Below, piece by piece: positions 27,517 through 40,978 of a DNA stretch of 64,000 bases. The position numbers were made by a program, and so were the translations under genes. Within the stretch, counting starts at the first letter, position 1, and each line of letters begins with the position of its first letter. This stretch comes from Styela clava (taxonomy: Eukaryota): contig NC_135264.1 of assembly GCF_964204865.1 (NCBI RefSeq), forward strand, positions 13,144,001 through 13,208,000, in the 5' to 3' direction. Under the pieces are notes generated by a model. The model searched no databases, had not been told where the DNA came from, and saw nothing but the letters and a program-made list of their open reading frames with translations.

Positions 27517-28357
27517 CAGAGGTGTGCAACCCGCAGCCCGCGGGCCCGATGCAGCCTCAAGGGAAAATTGTACGGCCCGCTAAGAAGTGCCAATCCTGAA
27601 TGGCGCGCGGCCCTCGAAACGAGTTTTTAATTTAATTTAATAGTGCGAGTAATTCCAATCCCTATGCGTTGCGTTGGCTATATCTGCAATTTATTATCTA
27701 TGCCTATGACTTTACAATGCCTTAACAGCTAGTTGCGGAAACAACCCATGTCACAAGATCAATAGCCAAAATTGTTGCGCCTACAACTACTAGATCAGGG
27801 GTCGGCAACCTACGGCCGCGGGCCGGATCCGGCCCGCGGAGCAATATAATCCGGCCCGTGACGCTTCGCTAAAGTATAGTAAGAAAACAGCTGTTTTGAC
27901 AATTATATTCTTCACGTAACAGAATTTATCGTGAGACACGTGTAGACTAAATTATATTACAACCGAACAAGTATATAATTCACAATTACTTGTTTAATGA
28001 GCCTATAATTTAATTATAATTAGACAAATGGCAACAAAACGCAGAAAAGTTGATGCTAAGTGTAAATGGTTTAATTAATGGAGCAGAAAATATTCAAATG
28101 GTCAGTCTTCGCGCTCTGCTTAAAATTTATCTTTGATCTGTGTGAAAAAAATGTGATTCATCGGCCATCCGTTCGGTTTTTAACTTTCTAAAATATGTGC
28201 GGCCCGTCAATGACTTGCAACCTTTAGTTTTGGCCCGCGAGTGACAAAAGATTGCCGACCCCTGTACTAGATAGTCCATGTTAAATGAAGGTGCAGCCCG
28301 CGGTTTCACCTAGTTATTTTCTATCTGACCCTCTTGTATCGAAGGTTGCACACCCCT
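27517..28357. mobile_element. hAT MITE (outer element) ~120 bp upstream of the GPCR ATG
   Basis: cagaggtgtgcaacc ... ggttgcacacccct with subterminal gcggccc repeats. TSD not preserved. A relative lies at ~41270-41608. Confidence 0.7.
27796..28264. mobile_element. Nested hAT MITE
   Basis: TIR caggggtcggcaa / ttgccgacccctg; TSD tactagat. Confidence 0.9.
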
Positions 28358-29029
28358 AACACAGACGATAAAATAAAAAACATAAAGTGATACCCAGCTT
28401 GCAATTTTTTAATTTATGAGCTACATACTGAAGTTTGTATTTTTCATATTTTTTAGCGTGGTAGATTGGCACCTTTGGTAAATTTACTGATATTTTTTCA
28501 TCATCTAATTTTGAAGTATTTGCACTGTAGAGACATCTCGTGAACAAATCTTACTATTTAATTCATATTTCCCCAAAATGTTGAGTTTTATTCGGTAAAA
28601 TATATTTATTCGAACATTTTCTGACGATGAAGCACATGAGTATTTCCTGTTACTAGACCAAGTCTTGAGGAGTCGCGATTCCGGTTGTTACTGAATGTCT
28701 TATGAGGACTATCCAGTTTACTATAAAAAATCAACCGGTACGATTCGAAATTTCTCTCATGTTCAACCCAATGTAAATGTACATCATGAAAATTAATATG
28801 CTGTGCTGTATTACACCTTGACCTTAGCGATTGCTGAAGGATTCGAGGGTACTAATTTATATTTCATACTCTGAACATTTATTTTGAGGCTATACCATTT
28901 ATAAATTTTATTCATTTTGAACAAGTCGCGCCACACTAAGCGTCATCTCATCGCACTATTTTTAAATGCCTCTTTCTCAAAATGACATGTATAGAAACAA
29001 TATCCTGAAGCAAGATTCGAGTTCTTAAT

Positions 29030-29165
29030 CTAATTTATCCCGTTGGAGAGAGAAGCCGATAAGACGGCTTAATCATACGGCGAACCACCGCCTCTCGTCC
29101 GGTTACCATTCCATGTCGGGAATGGGATTTGTTAGCCAGTTATCTGTTTCAGATATATGTACTTG
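29030..29165 (-). mobile_element. SINE-like repeat fragment
   Basis: Reverse-complement match to the 3' part of 39325-39580. Confidence 0.6.
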
Positions 29166-29657
29166 CTTTGAAAATTTGTTTCTTGTCATTTTTTTGGAAA
29201 TGGCAGGATTATTAATGAAATATCTTCCCTGTCTATGCATATTTGAGAATCAAAATAATAATTACGATTGTTTTCACCGGTGCGGTTTGGTTTAAACCGG
29301 ATTTAGTGAAACAAATTTGTGGTTCAATTGAAATATTTACTATCTACAAATTGAACAAAAAAATTTTTGAATGTCCATTCCATTTAATAGTATTTTTTTC
29401 TCGTTGTGAATCGTGTTTTGATTGTGTTTTTTGACTGTTTTTGATGCGATATATTAACTTCAAACTTTTTGTGCCAATGTGGTTGAGGCTAGCACATAGA
29501 GGAGATAGATGTAATGCCCACTTTACACAGTTTATGCAAGTTTTTTTCTTTTCATATTGTTAATAGATATTTTTCATCTCTTTGAATCACTCACTTGTAT
29601 TTCTATCTCTGCTTAAGAATAGTTACCGACGGTAGTGTAGTAGAGTATTTTGTTATA

Positions 29658-32600
29658 ATGAAGGTGGAGGAAATGCGACTCCAGTCACTTCACAAGGGTC
29701 AGAGAAGGGACGGGTGCTCATCTGTTTTGATCTGCTTTGTGCTTGTTTACTTGTTTCTGCAGTGCGCTTGTAGTCACAGAATCAACTTGTTGTACCGGTA
29801 CTGCTGCAGTGTCTGCTGCTTAATCGATTTTATTGGACTAATCCTGGACGAACGTCCACGAAAGAGGCCCAGGTGAGCTGGTACCGTTACCGGTATTATC
29901 TGAATGTTTTAAACCCACCCCATTTTCTTCTTGTAAAATCATTATAAGGTTGAAATGTACCGATATCCATAATTCTAGGTTATTTTTGCAACGTTTTATA
30001 CAAAACTTATAAAGTGAAAATTGTGTATTTTTATATGCCTGTATGATACCCAAGACGCCTTTATAATGATGTACGGTAATACAGTAATAGTTTGATTTCA
30101 GAATTTAGCAGAACATGCCATGTTTGTGCAAAGTAAGAAATCTGCAAAGTTGGCCACATCTTTCGGGACGGCAATTCAATTCTGTATTCATTCAACTTTC
30201 GTTAATACAAATTATATAACAGTATAATTTACATAATTTTTTCCAGATTAGGGTCCGATAATTCAGTGATGGAATCACATTCTGAACATAAAAATGGAAT
30301 GAAAAAACCGCCACTCGGATCAGGACTTAAGGGTTCAGCCGGTCCAAAAAAACTAACCATTAAAAATTTCAAAGGTAAGATTTTTCAGTTAAAAGTATGA
30401 GATGGATATTGTACGTTTATTGTGAAAATTTTATATTGCTAATATCTATCTATTGTTTCTTTAATCTATGGTCTACCATCCTAAAAAAATTTCAACTGAG
30501 TAAATGAATTTCCACCCAAATAGCAAAAAAGGGAAAATTTTTCATGTTAGTCGCTAGTCATCATTAACTGTAAGACTGACCAAGGCCGGCTGTTTGCAAT
30601 AGTTGCCACATGCCACTAATATTAATAATGCAGGAGCCAATTTTATTCCAATTTTTCTTAATTTTGTTCTATTGCGAGTTCTGGGACTAGCCAAGTGACT
30701 GCCGTAGTATTTGTACCCGAAATTATGGCCTAACCCTAATCTGATACACATACTGCATCCTGGTGTCCGCCATCTTGGTTCACATACTTCGGGTTACCAA
30801 AATTTGTGTATCTGAAACATCTCATTTTGTTCTAGCCAAGCCACGGTTACCTCAAGACTATGAGAAAATAGCATGGCAGAAGTTAGAAGAAGCCGTATCT
30901 GCAATTCATAGGTCATCGTTTATCAGATATAGTTTAGAAGAATTATACAAGGCTGTGGAAAATTTATGTTCTCATAAAATATCACAAACTCTATATGATC
31001 AGGTATGATCGAGAGTAAAATTTATTCATTCCTGATGAGTGAACCGGATTAAAGTATAGGAATGCTGCTAGCCTTATTTCATAATCCAACCCCCCTTGAG
31101 GCGACAGGATGATCTGGCCGTGAAAGCGTTAAACTTAACTGTGTTGGTTTGATATCGCAAAATACTAGGACTGAGCATTTTGAATCTAATATTCAAATCA
31201 AATGAAAAAGTAAGTTATTCGAATCAGTTCAGACGGAAATTTTCAATTGCCGCCATCTTGCTTTTTTTCATCGGACAAATGTCGGAGGGGGGTATCATTC
31301 TATTTTTTTCAAAATACAATTCTGGCATATCACTATTTCCTTCCTAGTGAGTAATTGATGAAATATGTTTATTCTTGTGTGTGAACCCTTAGCAAACTTC
31401 CTGAGTGATACATTCTATTTTTCAGTAATTTATGTGTCTGAAGGAACCATTGCATTACCATGAAAATGTTGCATACAATTACTTATCTTCTAAGTATTTG
31501 AGATACAATTTGAAATATTCGATTAGATTCTGAAATCATCAGGTATTCGAAAATACGCAACCCTACAGATTATACATCTCAGTTTCAAATGTCGTGCATG
31601 CAGCGCCACACCAATGAGCATTCACATTTACCTATTACATTTAATACATTTTTTTATATTCATTCAGCTCAAAGTTGTTTGTGAAAAACATGTCCAACGA
31701 CAACTGGATTTATTTTCTGAAGATAGTGACAGTGAAGCATTTCTGGTAAAACTGGACAAACAATGGCGTGATCACTGTCAACAAATGGTAAGCCAGAGAT
31801 GATTCAATGATAAATTTATTTTAATACCTTGACTTTTTAATGATTTATGCTTGATCGGTTGAAAAAGTAATTTCCAACTTATGTCATTGTTTTACCAGGT
31901 TATGATTCGTTGCATATTTCTTGTGCTTGACCGAACATATGTTCTTCAGAATTCAATGATACCTTCATTGTGGTGAGTACAAGTTATTGCTAGTTATTTT
32001 TTGTTTCAACGAACATTGCTTATATCTTGCTTTATATCGCAGAGATCAAAATGAACTCCAAAACAAAAAAATGCTATTTTATAGGATGATGTGTTTTTTG
32101 AAGTAATCATTCCCAATTTGCAGAGTCTTAATAATAGGATAGTAATTACTTATTTATCCTGGGGGATGGAATGGTGGAGTGGACGTTACATTAAATGCAA
32201 CACCCTACGGCAGCGAGGAAGGCAGCGATCCTATTGCACATATTTATTCCCCACAAGATTCGAACCTGTGACATGCAGGTTAATCTGAGGTGTTTTTAAA
32301 AGTTATCACATACAATATATTCACTTTGACAGTTCCGGTTTCCGGTTTATTGTTCTTCTTGGTCATATCGGTCTGGTCTGACTTTGAGCATATTAGTCTT
32401 TGACTTAATATTCATGTAAATCAATACTTTTGGTTGTTGTTATAATATGAGGAACATTTTTTTCACTTTTCTGAATGTTTTGTAAACCTATTTTTTCTAA
32501 TACTTTCTTTGCAGGGATCTTGGACTTGAATTATTTCGAATGCATGTTATGAGTAACGGAAGCGTTAAAGATCGATGCGTTAACGGACTTTTGGATCTTA

Positions 32601-35600
32601 TTAAACGAGAACGCAATAGGGACGCTGTGGATAGAAGTTTATTACGCAGCTTAATTTCTATGCTCAGTGATCTTCAGGTATAATTGTCTTCTGTTTTTCA
32701 AATTTCCATGGGTAGAGACAGGATAGGATTTACATATTTATCCTGGGAGTGAGGAACAAGATTAAGACGACTTGCTCATATGGCAAACCACTGCCTTTTG
32801 TCTGGTTACGGCGAGGAGTCCGGCAATTCTCATGCACATAATTATCCTGGAGAAGATTCACAGGGTAATCAGAGGTGGGGTGGTGAGCGTATTCCTAACG
32901 CTTATCACGATGCACCACATCAACGAGCAACCGTATGTGATATTAATTTCTTATGGGTAGTATGACCTAGATCAGTAGTTTTCAACACTTCCATGATCTG
33001 AGGAACCCTTTCAAAGATTCTCAATGCTAAAGCCCTCTGCTATTTAATAAAATCTGCTAATTTTTTTTTCCTGTCTTTAATAAAAGGTATTTTGTGTACC
33101 ACATTTAATTATAAAAAAGCCAAAAATCTAAGTCGTGAATAATACGCTTTCGCACCGTAATTGTAAAACAGCGTTTCCCAAACTGTGTTCCGCGGAACAC
33201 TAGTGAGCGTCTTCCGAGTGTTCCATGGAAAAGGCATAAGAATTACGACTAAATTGGTCGCCATGGCAATCTCGGGAGCGTGAAGTTGTCAACCAACAGG
33301 TGACCGTTCAATATCGCGTCATCGGCGACCTAACGTGGACTAACTTTTTGAGGGTAGTGGCATTTTCACTAACCGTCAGCTTAGAAAGATAAAATGAATT
33401 TATTGACTCATATACACTCAGCATTTAAAATAAGAAACAATAAAACAATATATTAAATGCAATATGTTAAGTATTCAATCAGATTTTTGTTTTGTTAGTT
33501 TTCGCGGCGCATTTGGCAACTCGCCACCCCTTTTGGAATCGCTGCACTAGACTATCCTAAAAATTTTTCATATCTTCAGATGTACCACCGAACATTTGAA
33601 GACAAATTTCTCGACGAAACTAGGAAAATGTACGCAGCTGAAGGTCGGGACAGAGTCCAAGAATTTGATGTACCAGAATATCTTCATTATGTTGACAGGA
33701 GACTCAGAGAAGAAAAAGAAAGATGTATAACATACCTTGATCAAGGAACACAGTAGGTTTTTTTATTATGTCCCCTTAGAACGTTTCTCTCTGTACAAGG
33801 CCCTTAGGTTTTATTCAAAAGCAGCATTTTTTTGCGTAAGTGCGCTGTGAGATTTTATCCCTATTAAAATTGCCACCGCTTGGACAGAAAGTTTGAAGAA
33901 TCGCTGCCTTATATTTAGAGCTCGACCGATATATCGGCCATACTCGGCAAGCGCCGGGCTGCGTGCTGCAACGGCTCTCGCCCCTGCGTATATTGCTCTC
34001 GCTTTCATTTTGCGTTATAATGGCCACCAGTTGGCCGTTAATCGGTATCGGCGTCAAAAAGTGATATCGGTTGAGCTCTACTTATATTGTTTTTTTGTGT
34101 TCTGACGTCTAATGAAGATAATTTAGTTCGATTGCCAATTTCCAGAAGAAAAAAAAACAGAATTTTTTTTTAAATGAAATTTTTGTAAAAAATCACTTTT
34201 AAATATGTTTGCTATATTAAATAGCCCGTGTCTAACTGTTAATATTTAAATTGTTTTGGGAATCTGTAACTATATTTATTCTTATATATTTCAGAAAATC
34301 CTTAATTTCTTGCGTTGAAAGAGAACTTATATCCGAACATGTTGCAACAATTTTACAAAAAGGTCTTCACAGTCTACTCGAACAAAATAGATTAGATGAA
34401 TTAAAACTTATGTACTCACTCCTCATGAGGGTTAAATTAGGACCGGACTCGCTTTGCACTCAATTCAACAAATATGCGAAGGTACGTAAAAACACAAAGT
34501 GTATCGTCGTGTCCAGCTCAAATGTTGTTAGGGTTGTTCCATTGTTGGTATGCCTTGGTTTGTTGTTTTGTGACGGCAACGCTTTTTTCCGCAACAACTG
34601 GGCCAAATGGTTTCAGATTTTGAGTATTTGAAGATTGCAAAAGTCTCTATTACTTGTGAGATGTTGTTTGTCCTTTTTGTTTCGAATATTTGATTATTTC
34701 GCTCTCATTTTTATTATTATATTTTTGCCATCGAGCAACTGACATAAGCCATTATTTGATAGCATGCTATAATGGGTCAACATGCTATAAATCGAGTCAA
34801 AGATGCCATTAAGGGCCTAATCCGTGATGGCCTGGTTATCAGATTAGCAATGTTGGTTATTAAGGGTTAGTCCCCGAGTCTGAATCAAGCCCAAGTCATG
34901 CAAGAATCTAGTCAAATACGAGGTTTAGTCTGACTGGCGGATTAACTGATGATTAGTCCAAGTCATTACATTAGATGAGTTACGTTACTTAGCGTCCTTG
35001 AGAAACTGTTGAATAGTGACCAGAGTTTAAACGTGGACTGAGACTCTCCAATACTGCTCGCTTGTTTACTTTATTTCAAAACATGGCACCCTTCTAAGCA
35101 GAAAACCCTTTGCGAATCGAAATACTATTGCAGATATAATGAAACTGACCCAATGCTATTTTTTACAGACAATCGGCTCAAATATTGTATGCAATTCAGA
35201 GAAAGACTCAACGATGGTTCAGGATTTACTCGACTTCAAAGACAAAATGGACACGATCACTAAATCTTGTTTCGCACAAAATCAAAAATTCGTCGATTCT
35301 TTGCGAGAAGCTTTTGAGACATTTATAAATAAAAGACAAAACAAGCCTGCGGAACTAATTGGTATGTTTTCTCGTATTGACCTCTTTTACAGACCATATG
35401 GTGCGATGTCAATAAATTGCTCTTATTTGGTTTTTATTCACATGTCATGCGTATCGAGCTATAACATGCAACAGTTTTAAAGCAATACCGGTGCTGGTTT
35501 TTAGTGTAGACAATGAAGCATAAAGCGCTACCTGATCCATACATTAGGCGTATTATCGGCTTATGAGGCGCACAATCAATTTTTGAGAAAAAAATGATTG

Positions 35601-38600
35601 AAATTGCACCTTATGATTTGTAAAATCTCTTTTTTAGCCAAATATGTTGATTTACGAATGCGAGCCGGCAACAAAGAAGCGTCTGAAGTTGAACTTGATA
35701 AGATTCTCGATAAAATAATGGTTGTATTCAGATTTATTCATGGTATGTTTTATTTCTTTCATTTTTTACCCGAAAAAATAGCATGATTTGCCATGTTTGA
35801 TGAAATTTAAAATGGTGTTTTTAAAAATGGAAATTTATGAAAAAGAAACAAAAACCGATTTAATATTCGTCCAATTTACATTCACAGCTTTGATACTTGC
35901 CATAATGATAAAAAAAGCGGACGAATGACAATTAACAGATGGAATGATATTATAAATACCGTTTCTAAAACTTTTTTCTGTGAAATATAATTCCTGAGAG
36001 AAAGAGGAAGATATTCCAGAATGCTTGAAAAACATTTTCGGAGTGTTTTTTCCATTTTGGATTACTTGATCAAATTGATTTATTTATTTTAAATTTTTAT
36101 AATGTTATAATATTTTTTTAACAAAATTTTCAGTCTGTACAAGATTTCGGGCTAGCATATTTGGAAATATTTCAGATCTATTTTTTATTTGTGTTATTAC
36201 TGATTTCTGATCTTTTCAACCCTATAATATCTAGGAAAGGATGTTTTCGAAGCATTCTACAAAAAAGATTTGGCGAAACGTTTGCTTGTTGGTAAAAGTG
36301 CGAGTGTTGATGCGGAAAAATCAATGCTGTCAAAACTTAAGCAAGAATGTGGCGCACATTTCACCGGGAAACTCGAAGGCATGTTTAAAGACATGGAACA
36401 CTCGAGGGAGCTCATGGTTCAGTATAAACAGGTATATTTAGTGGAATTAGGAGTTTTCCACTTCTATCTAGTTTTATATCTTATTAGAATTTTTGTGTTG
36501 TCTTTTGCTGACTCAGCAGTGTGGCGCATCCTTCTAAGCGTTAGGAATACGCTTGCCACTGCACCTATGGAGGAATAATTATGTGCAAGAGGATTGCTGG
36601 GCTCGAAAATGAGATCTTGGGTGAATTTCAGTTTGATTCGAAAACATTTAAATACATTTCTACCTCTGTGTTGTTTATAGTTGAGATATTATACGTTTTG
36701 ATGAAACCATGAAACCCGTTATTACACCAAAATTTTTTTTATTTGGTATTGCTTGAACACCTTTATATTTTTTATCCGTCGGCCTTCTCTGCAAACTTGC
36801 CTCACTCAGGCCTTACTGTAACGTTTTCCACAGATAATATCTCTTCGTCAACAGAACTAGCATGATCGTTGTGCAATTTTTAAATCTGTATCTCAAATTA
36901 CTGAGAGATGAATGTGGTATAATATTTTACGTAATTTTTTTGTAGCATCTCATCACTCAGAATCAAACGAGTAACATAGAAATGGGCGTCAACATATTAA
37001 CAATGGGATACTGGCCAACATATAATCCAATGGATGTTCATTTACCAGCCGAAATGGTGAACATTACTAATTATTCGTTTTGTATGATTGTATTGTTCTT
37101 ATGTGTATTCTGTCTTTCTGGTTGCAAATTAGTAACTACGAAATCAAACTTAAAAACCTATTATTTTTAACTTTAAATTGCAAACTCTTTCAATCAATGG
37201 TTTCCAACATTTTGGGAGCGGAATCCGATGTGACATTCCAGAGGCTCGAGAAACCTCTATGCAATAGTTAAATTGTGTTTTATTGCCTGAGTTGTTCAAA
37301 CTATGAATATATACAAAAGTAAACCTAATACTGGCAAAACAAAATGATCTCTAAAGTGTAGAAAAGTTAATAATAAAAGTGATAAATTGGACCTCCAGAA
37401 GTATGCGCACCAAGATGGCGCACAACCTGAACATGGTATGTGTGTACCGCAGTGGTTCTTAAACTTTTTCGAGCGCGACCCAAATCTGAATTTTATGAAT
37501 ACTCGCGACCCAATCCTAAATAACGCAAAATGTATTTTTAATGTTCGTACAAATACAGACAACTATTTATTAGAAACCGTCCATTGACCCAGTGAGATTG
37601 ATGAAACTGAAATTTCCTTTTCATTATTTCTTCAATACACAGCTTTATTTTACTGAACGCAATACGCAAGTTGTCATGGGAATAGAGGCGATTGCGAGCT
37701 TAGTTTTAATATCATTCAGTGCCAAATATTCTCGCTCTCACAGGTGCCTTGTCGCGAATTGTAGCAGAAACCTCGTCCGCTGTCTGTCGCAAACACGACA
37801 TTCTAGCTGGACTTAATAAGTATCTCTCGCAATATACAACTTTTTACTCATCAAATGTGCACACACTGATTCGTTCGCGGTAAATGGTGCCTCGAGATGA
37901 AGTCACATTTTCTCTAGATATTGAATAATTTAATGTTGAGAAGCGAGATTTTTCATTGCATCGTCTATTACAATTTACATTACCAAAAAGACACCCATTT
38001 TTGGTTATTTTAATCCACTAAGACGACATTCCGCGAGGTAAACACAACCTCAAGCGACGTGCATGGTTACCGATGCCATAAAATAATACACGTGACTGGC
38101 ATATCAGAATTGTGATGTAACAATGAGCTCAAGACAGTTCTTTCCGTGAATGAAACTTTATATTTCATTATTTTTAAATACCAGAGTTTAGAAGCTAAAT
38201 TGAATCATTGGAAAAGCTGAAAATTCGTCCTTCTCCTCTTAGATTGCCCTTGCATTGACGACCTTGTCGCGGCCCACTTTTAAACCTTCCGCGACCCATG
38301 TTTGGGTCGCGACCCATACTTTAAGAACCACTGGTGTACCGGTTAGAATTCAGGTTGTGCGACATCTCAGTGCGCATACTTCTGGGGCACCGATAAATTA
38401 TTATAGACGGATTAGAATGGAAATGTGTGAAACACCTGGACTGTATTGGTGGAACCTGGTTGAAAACCACTGCTTTAAATGCTCAACCTATTATTTTCAA
38501 ATATATTTCATTTTTTTAATTATTTTGTGTTCTGATTTTTGACTACCTACTACTAAAATAATGGATCTGGAATGTTTGGTACCAATTGCTGGTAAATTGG

Positions 38601-40978
38601 ATGAATAAGATTCAGATCAATAATGGAAGTGTATGCTCTGTACTGTCATGAGTTCCCAGAACTACCCATTAAGCAATATCCATGCTTCATTCTTCAACCT
38701 TAGAATAACTGCACATGAAAAATCCAGAAAGAAATCCTAAATGGTTTCCCTGATTATATTTTGAGCTTTACAGATTTGTTCAAATGTTACTCACAAAAGG
38801 AGATGCCTTTTTCAGTATAACTGGTTTACCGCCAGATATGTCTCGAGTTGTGTCTCGTCAAATGATTCATCTCTGACTATTTTTCAAGTTCTTGATTATT
38901 TTATAAAACTATTTTTCAATTTTCAGGTCAAATTGCAAGAACAATTTCGGAAATTTTACCTTGGCAGACACTCAGGACGTAAACTCACTTTTCAGCCAAC
39001 TCTAGGATTTTGTGTATTGAAGAGTAAATTTAAACTCGTAGGTTTTTTCACTGCTGGTAAAACTTCAAAAACTTGATTCACAGCTACCTATTTTTCTGCG
39101 TCTGTAAGAAATTTAGTGTGCTCAGAATTCCATTTCATTTATTTGAGCTTTTTGGTACTACCGTAGTATGTGAACCAAGATGGTGGACACCGGAACGTAG
39201 TAGCCTATGTGTATCAGGTTACGGTTAGGTCATAAGTATATTCCAATTTTCCTTATTTTAGTTCTATTACGAGTTCGGGGACTAGCCAAGTGACCCCCGT
39301 AGTATTTGTACCTGAAATTATGGCCTGGTTCGAATCCCATGCGTGGTTAAATATGTGCGAGAGGATGGCTGGACTGCTCGTCGCCATATGGTGGTTCATG
39401 TAACTGCTGGTGGTTACAGCATCCTCCACCATCAAGTCCATGCATCTGAAAACAAATAACTTAACCCATACTCGACCTGGACTGGTAACCGGACGAGAGG
39501 CCGTGGTTCGTCATATGATTGGGCTGTCTTATCGACTTTCCTCTCCTCCGGGATTAATATGTAAATCTCCTTTTACATTACATATATGTGGTTAAGTTTC
39601 ATTACTTTCTGATTTCAGGGAAGTAAAGAATTGCAAGTCTCTTTATTACAATGTCTTGTTCTTCTATTATTTAATGAGGGGGATAGTTTTATTTATGAAC
39701 AAATACAGAAAGCGACAGGAATTACTAACGAAGAACTCCGTCGCACATTGCAATCGCTCGCATGTGGTAAAGCCAGAGTCCTTACAAAGGTATGCGGACT
39801 AATTTCTTGATTGTGTACATTTATTTTGACAATGCTTAAAAAAGAATTGAGCGGAAGTATCTTAGCGAGCAGATTGTGAAACAAATCACTCATTTTGTAA
39901 ATTTTCCGTCCTCAGATTCCTAAAGGCAAAGAAATCAACGATGGAGACACATTCACGTTCAACAATGATTTTAAACATAAACTCGTGCGAATCAAAATAA
40001 ATCAAATTCAAATGAAAGAAACCGTAAGTTTATTTAATTACACACAGAATTCACTGTTGATCATTTTTAGCAATTTCTGTGATGGTTTAGGACTCTACTT
40101 TTGATTCTTCAGAAAGTATCTCTCAAATACTCTCCTCGAATTTGTAAATTTGCAGTCCGCATTATTTCGTGAATCGCTGTATGCGGCTCTATTCCTCTCA
40201 ACCGCCTTCAATTTGTTCATGAATATAAAAATGTTTCTTCATATTTTAGGTTGAAGAAAACACAAGTACAACCGAAAGAGTTTTCCAAGACAGGCAATAT
40301 CAAATAGATGCAGCGATCGTACGAATCATGAAAATGAGAAAAAGTTTGTCTCACACACTTTTGGTGTCGGAACTATTTGAGCAACTTAAATTTCCAGTCA
40401 AAGTATGTTTATTCATTTGATACATGTTGTTACATTATGTTAAGAGTTGTGAATGTTTTTACTGCAAAATACCGTATGTGTGTTGGTAAAATCTTTCGAC
40501 TAGGGCTGGGCATTTTTAAATGCCTGATGATTTCAGAATCTAATTAATATTTTTTTTTCCAATCGAATCTTGAATGCTTGAAAGATATTCAATTATATTC
40601 GTTTTTTATTGTGATTGGTCCTCCAGGCACATAAATTACTCAGTGGTAGAATATATCACCGAAACAGTTTGCTGTGTGTTCACACACAACAAGAGAAATG
40701 TTTCATCAATAACTCACTAGCAAAAAAAGTCATTTGTAAGAATTGCATTGTAAAAATATGGCTCCAATAAAAAAATTGAGGAATTCGCCTCGATTTTTGC
40801 CGACCAAATAGAGAAAAGAGGCAATTGGAATTTTCGTCTGAATCAATTCGAATAATTCACTTTTGAATATCATTTTTTACAGCCTCCAGATATGAAGAAG
40901 CGGATAGAAAGTCTAATTGAACGTGAATACATGGAAAGAGATAAAGACAATACTAATTTGTATCATTACATGGCGTAG
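29658..40978 (+). CDS. CUL4: Cullin-4. Exons approx. (29658 or 29844)-29872, 30247-30374, 30836-31002, 31668-31787, 31899-31972, 32515-32677, 33580-33752, 34295-34481, 35170-35362, 35638-35743, 36235-36431, 36946-37056, 38926-39037, 39619-39789, 39916-40023, 40250-40402, 40883-40978
   Basis: CUL4 hallmark peptides: [90 protein letters not shown], the neddylation site IVRIMKMRK and the C-terminus [19 protein letters not shown]...Y.A*. The start codon is uncertain. Confidence 0.95.
32715..32960 (-). mobile_element. SINE-like repeat in a CUL4 intron
   Basis: ggataggatttacatatttatcctggga...gttacggcgaggagtccggcaattctc is the reverse complement of the 39325-39580 family. Confidence 0.6.
37389..38391. 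mobile_element. MITE with GG...CC termini and 8-bp TSD (Merlin-like), interrupted by a hAT MITE
   Basis: ggacctccagaagtatgcgcaccaagatggcgcacaacctgaa ... ttcaggttgtgcgacatctcagtgcgcatacttctggggcacc; TSD gataaatt. Confidence 0.8.
37450..38333. mobile_element. Nested hAT MITE
   Basis: TIR cagtggttcttaaa / tttaagaaccactg; TSD gtgtaccg; subterminal cgcgaccca repeats. Confidence 0.9.
39325..39580 (+). mobile_element. tRNA-derived SINE-like element adjoining a truncated Merlin-like MITE (39154-39325)
   Basis: B-box ggttcgaatccc at the 5' end; the body is shared with at least three other copies in the window. Confidence 0.7.

Noticed and set aside
32992-33546. Possible old hAT MITE(s) in a CUL4 intron
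   Set aside because: TIRs and TSD are too degraded to define boundaries.
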